NCBI GenBank assembly: GCA_963713825.1
Contig: CAVQNG010000003.1
Span: forward strand, 1,024,001 to 1,088,000
Reading direction: 5' to 3'
From: an uncultured Acidobacteriota bacterium
Lineage (GTDB): Bacteria; Acidobacteriota; Thermoanaerobaculia; Multivoradales; JAHEKO01
DNA: 64,000 nucleotides
Numbering within the stretch: the stretch's first letter is position 1; each line of letters begins with the position of its first letter. Positions 61,228 through 64,000 of the stretch are shown here, one piece after another. Position numbers and translations under genes: made by a program. Under the pieces are notes generated by a model. That model did not search any database and was not told the origin of the DNA. It was given only the letters and a program-made list of their open reading frames with translations.

Positions 61228-62205
61228 TCACTCTCCAGGTTGGCGTGGAGCGAAGAGTAATGTGCCTCCACTACCGTCTTCCTTCTCGAAGCTCAGGGCT
61301 AGTTCGCCAATGAAGAAACCGATCTTGAAGACTCTCTCGAGCCGCTGTCGGTAGCGATCCTCGAGCTCCATGATCTCGGGTGGGCAGGCCATCATGGTGC
61401 CAGCCAATAAACCGACTGTCAGGTCTCCGGGCATCTGACCTTCGGTGACCGAGCCCATGTACTGGTTGCAGCCACTCTTGCCCGCGATGCGATCCTCCTC
61501 GAACAAGAGGGTGATCTCAGGCTCGTCTGGAGCTGGTTCGTTGCGGTCGAGATTGCGCAGCACCCACTCGGGCCCTGCAAACGCGGCAATCGAAAGGCGC
61601 CCGGGCTCGACACCAGATTCCACCGGGTTCAGGGAATTACCCTCGAGCGCCCAGGCCAGGGTTGCCATCTCGCCCGGGCAACAGCCGGCATCTTCAGGAC
61701 CGGCTTGGACGATATCGAGCTCGACCCGGTTGCCGGAGATTCGAGAGTCACGCAGCTGCACCCGATCACCGATCTCGGCCGTGGCGATATTGACAACTTC
61801 CGAGCCCTCACGACCCAGGGCGGCCAAGTAGCTGTAGGTCCCCGAGCCACCCGAGCTTTCCCAAAGCATCACGACTGCCTCTTCCACTCCGTCGCCGTCC
61901 ATGTCGCCGGTCAAGAGAAACTCCTCGATCAGGCCGACTCTCGGAAAGGAGGCGCCCTGCGGCTCGAATGGCTCTCCTTCGTACTTCCCGCCCTGGAGTT
62001 GCACCGGCTCGTCGTAGATGCCATGGATGGTGGTGTTGGCAATCTCATCGAGAGAGGGCGGCCCTTCGGGCTGCGTGCTGGCTGCCATCGTGGCCTCTGC
62101 CTCCTCGTTGGCAGGTGTCGGATTCTGGCCGCAAGAAAGCAACGTGATTGCGAGTGTCGTAAAGATCAGTATGGACAAGAGTCCCAGGATCTGCTTGTTT
62201 TCCAT
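61228..62205 (-). CDS. META/HslJ-domain lipoprotein
   Basis: Lipobox LLSC, SGGSGT, CCP, GKSGCNQY, GTMMAC. Confidence 0.87.
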   Translation of the reverse strand: MENKQILGLLSILIFTTLAITLLSCGQNPTPANEEAEATMAASTQPEGPPSLDEIANTTIHGIYDEPVQLQGGKYEGEPFEPQGASFPRVGLIEEFLLTGDMDGDGVEEAVVMLWESSGGSGTYSYLAALGREGSEVVNIATAEIGDRVQLRDSRISGNRVELDIVQAGPEDAGCCPGEMATLAWALEGNSLNPVESGVEPGRLSIAAFAGPEWVLRNLDRNEPAPDEPEITLLFEEDRIAGKSGCNQYMGSVTEGQMPGDLTVGLLAGTMMACPPEIMELEDRYRQRLERVFKIGFFIGELALSFEKEDGSGGTLLFAPRQPGE

Positions 62206-62405
62206 AGTGCGTCTCCTTCTCGGAATCGGTCAATTCGCGGACTCCGAAGAGCGGTTTCTATCTTATCCTTGCCGGTATTCCATCTCGGCTCAGGACATGG
62301 GTTCTACGAACATCGAGCCGCCGCTTGAACTGCACATGCGCGCCTGGCCCAGAGATGCGCGAGGTATATTGGTCCAGTGATTCATCACCATATGAGGGGG
62401 TTCCC

Positions 62406-62693
62406 ATGCCGATTGCCGTGAGGTCGAGGTTCGCATTCTGGATCGCCGGGCTCTACCTGGCCGTCGGTCTAGCCGCTTGGACCCTACCGCTGCTCGCCAA
62501 AGCGGGTGAATCTCTGGCCGGCGTCTATGTCGCCATGTTGGCCTTCCCATGGAGCATGGTTCTGTCGCGGTTGATGGATGGCTTCGGAATCGACTCGTTG
62601 GTGTTCACCTTCCTCTTCTTGTTGGTGGGGCTGTTCGTCAACGCGGCTGTCATCTACTACGTTATCGCCTGGGTAACGGGCAAGATCTTCTAG
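62406..62693 (+). CDS. Small membrane hypothetical protein
   Basis: GAGGGGG SD, three hydrophobic helices, FPWS motif. Confidence 0.65.
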   Translation: MPIAVRSRFAFWIAGLYLAVGLAAWTLPLLAKAGESLAGVYVAMLAFPWSMVLSRLMDGFGIDSLVFTFLFLLVGLFVNAAVIYYVIAWVTGKIF

Positions 62694-62749
62694 CTGGATC
62701 CAAAGAGAACGACTCTCCCGCCGGGTGCGTTTCTCTGGCCTTCCAGGCG

Positions 62750-63802
62750 CTACTCGGCAGTCTCCTCGGCTGGGTGAGTAGCCATGATGACGAAGTCGGA
62801 ATCCGATTTTGTCTCGGGAGTCGCTGGCCGATCCGTGATCATGAGGGTCGTTCCGGGAACCAGGGAATCATAGATCTGCGATACGAAGAAGGGAGGGATG
62901 TGGACTCGTGAAGCGAGAGCCCCCTCGTCTTCTTCGGCAGGAGCAGTTGCGGCTTCGGTCGAAACGCTCATCCAGCGGTGCATCTTGTGCCCGGGCACCA
63001 AAGGGCTCTCTCGGTCCGAATAGCCCTCCAGGACCGTGTGAATCCCCGATGGAAGAGAGTCGCTGGCGTCGAGGATAATGATCTCGGCGAAACCGATCTC
63101 GATACCGTTACGGTAGACGAAGAGCTTTTCGTCAGCGGTACTCAGCAACAGGCTCATGGGCCCTTCGGTCGAGCGCTCGGGCTCCCATTCGAACTTGGCG
63201 ATTCCCGCAGCCGGCCCTTCCTTTCTCTGCTCGTGCATCATCGGCGACAACAGAATCGCCGGGTGAGCCGCTTCCTCGGGGCCCGAGTGCTCGTCAGCAA
63301 TGACAACGGTGGCACCGAGGTGCTCGATGTCGTAGAGAAGCTGCGAGAACTCCAGTGGCAGATGGATGCAGCCGTGAGACGAGGGATAGCCGGGAAGTCC
63401 TCCGGCATGCAGGCAGATCCCGCTCCAGGTCAAGCGCTCCGTGTAGGGCATCTTGGCCTTGTAGATGCTGGAGACGTGGTCCTTGTCCTTCTGCAGAATC
63501 GTGAAGACTCCGGTCGGAGTCTCATGGCCCGGTTTCCCGGTGCTGACATTCGTGTAGCCGATCAGGATGCCGTTGCGATAGACGTAGGCACGCTGCTGAT
63601 TGAGGCTGACAAGAACCACGATTGGTCCGTTTGGGGCCGCCTCGGGCTCCCATACAAACTCACCTTCGGCCAGGTTTTCGGGTTTCGTGTCGGGTGAGAC
63701 TTGCTGTGCTTCGAGACCAGAGATGACGAGCATCCCTGCTGCAATTCCGAGAACGACAGCGAGGGCAACTGAAAGACGAAAGGACTGGAGTTTTGTAATC
63801 AT
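62750..63802 (-). CDS. L,D-transpeptidase (YkuD family)
   Basis: VSTGKPGHETPTG, LHAG, SHGCIHL. Confidence 0.92.
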   Translation of the reverse strand: MITKLQSFRLSVALAVVLGIAAGMLVISGLEAQQVSPDTKPENLAEGEFVWEPEAAPNGPIVVLVSLNQQRAYVYRNGILIGYTNVSTGKPGHETPTGVFTILQKDKDHVSSIYKAKMPYTERLTWSGICLHAGGLPGYPSSHGCIHLPLEFSQLLYDIEHLGATVVIADEHSGPEEAAHPAILLSPMMHEQRKEGPAAGIAKFEWEPERSTEGPMSLLLSTADEKLFVYRNGIEIGFAEIIILDASDSLPSGIHTVLEGYSDRESPLVPGHKMHRWMSVSTEAATAPAEEDEGALASRVHIPPFFVSQIYDSLVPGTTLMITDRPATPETKSDSDFVIMATHPAEETAE

Positions 63803-64000
63803 GATTCCGAGTTTTCCTCCGGGTCTTGTTTTGGCTGTGGCTCAGTGTCGGCAGTGAAAGGCACAGGGTCCCCAGCCTCGGAGCGTACGTTGATGTCCCG
63901 CTGTGGGAAGGGGATTTCGATACCGGCCTCTGCAAGAGCTCGATTGACAGCTACGCGTAGCTCACTGGCCACGCTGAGGGCGAGTTCGAAGCGAGCGACC

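Noticed and set aside
482-63697. Numerous long antisense or overlapping ORFs (e.g. 482-1696, 2180-3322, 16921-18156, 50631-52151)
   Set aside because: Shadow frames of GC-rich genes, with Arg/Pro/Gly-biased composition and no motifs

Overview
GC-rich bacterial chromosomal window, probably from a marine or sediment diderm. Acidobacteriota/Thermoanaerobaculia is a tentative inference from gene content. No rRNA, tRNA or CRISPR array was seen. Coding content in order: ftsH 3' end, cls-mscS-patatin, a RAYT transposase flanked by its own 21-bp repeats, AsmA-like, class II GATase, a STAND-like ATPase coupled to a CPBP protein, copZ-csoR-copA, a complete nqrABCDEF-apbE-(GT8)-nqrM operon, an octaheme cytochrome-TPR, an IS481 element, a DcaP/AraC/MBL-hydrolase/DAACS-SBP cluster, a UxxC TlpA-like selenoprotein, an ABC operon interrupted by an antisense four-helix-bundle gene, and an L,D-transpeptidase. 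Many genes carry single-base indels that look like sequencing errors. The most unusual signals are non-coding: (1) heptamer and octamer tandem arrays (CCAGGAC, TAGGGGCG, GTGAGGCA) at gene starts and stops with a strand polarity, densest around the four-helix-bundle gene, which is enclosed by a 29/30-bp inverted repeat; (2) two diverged copies of a ~180-nt structured element with compensatory base changes; (3) an IS481 whose target duplication is exactly the loop of a REP hairpin.
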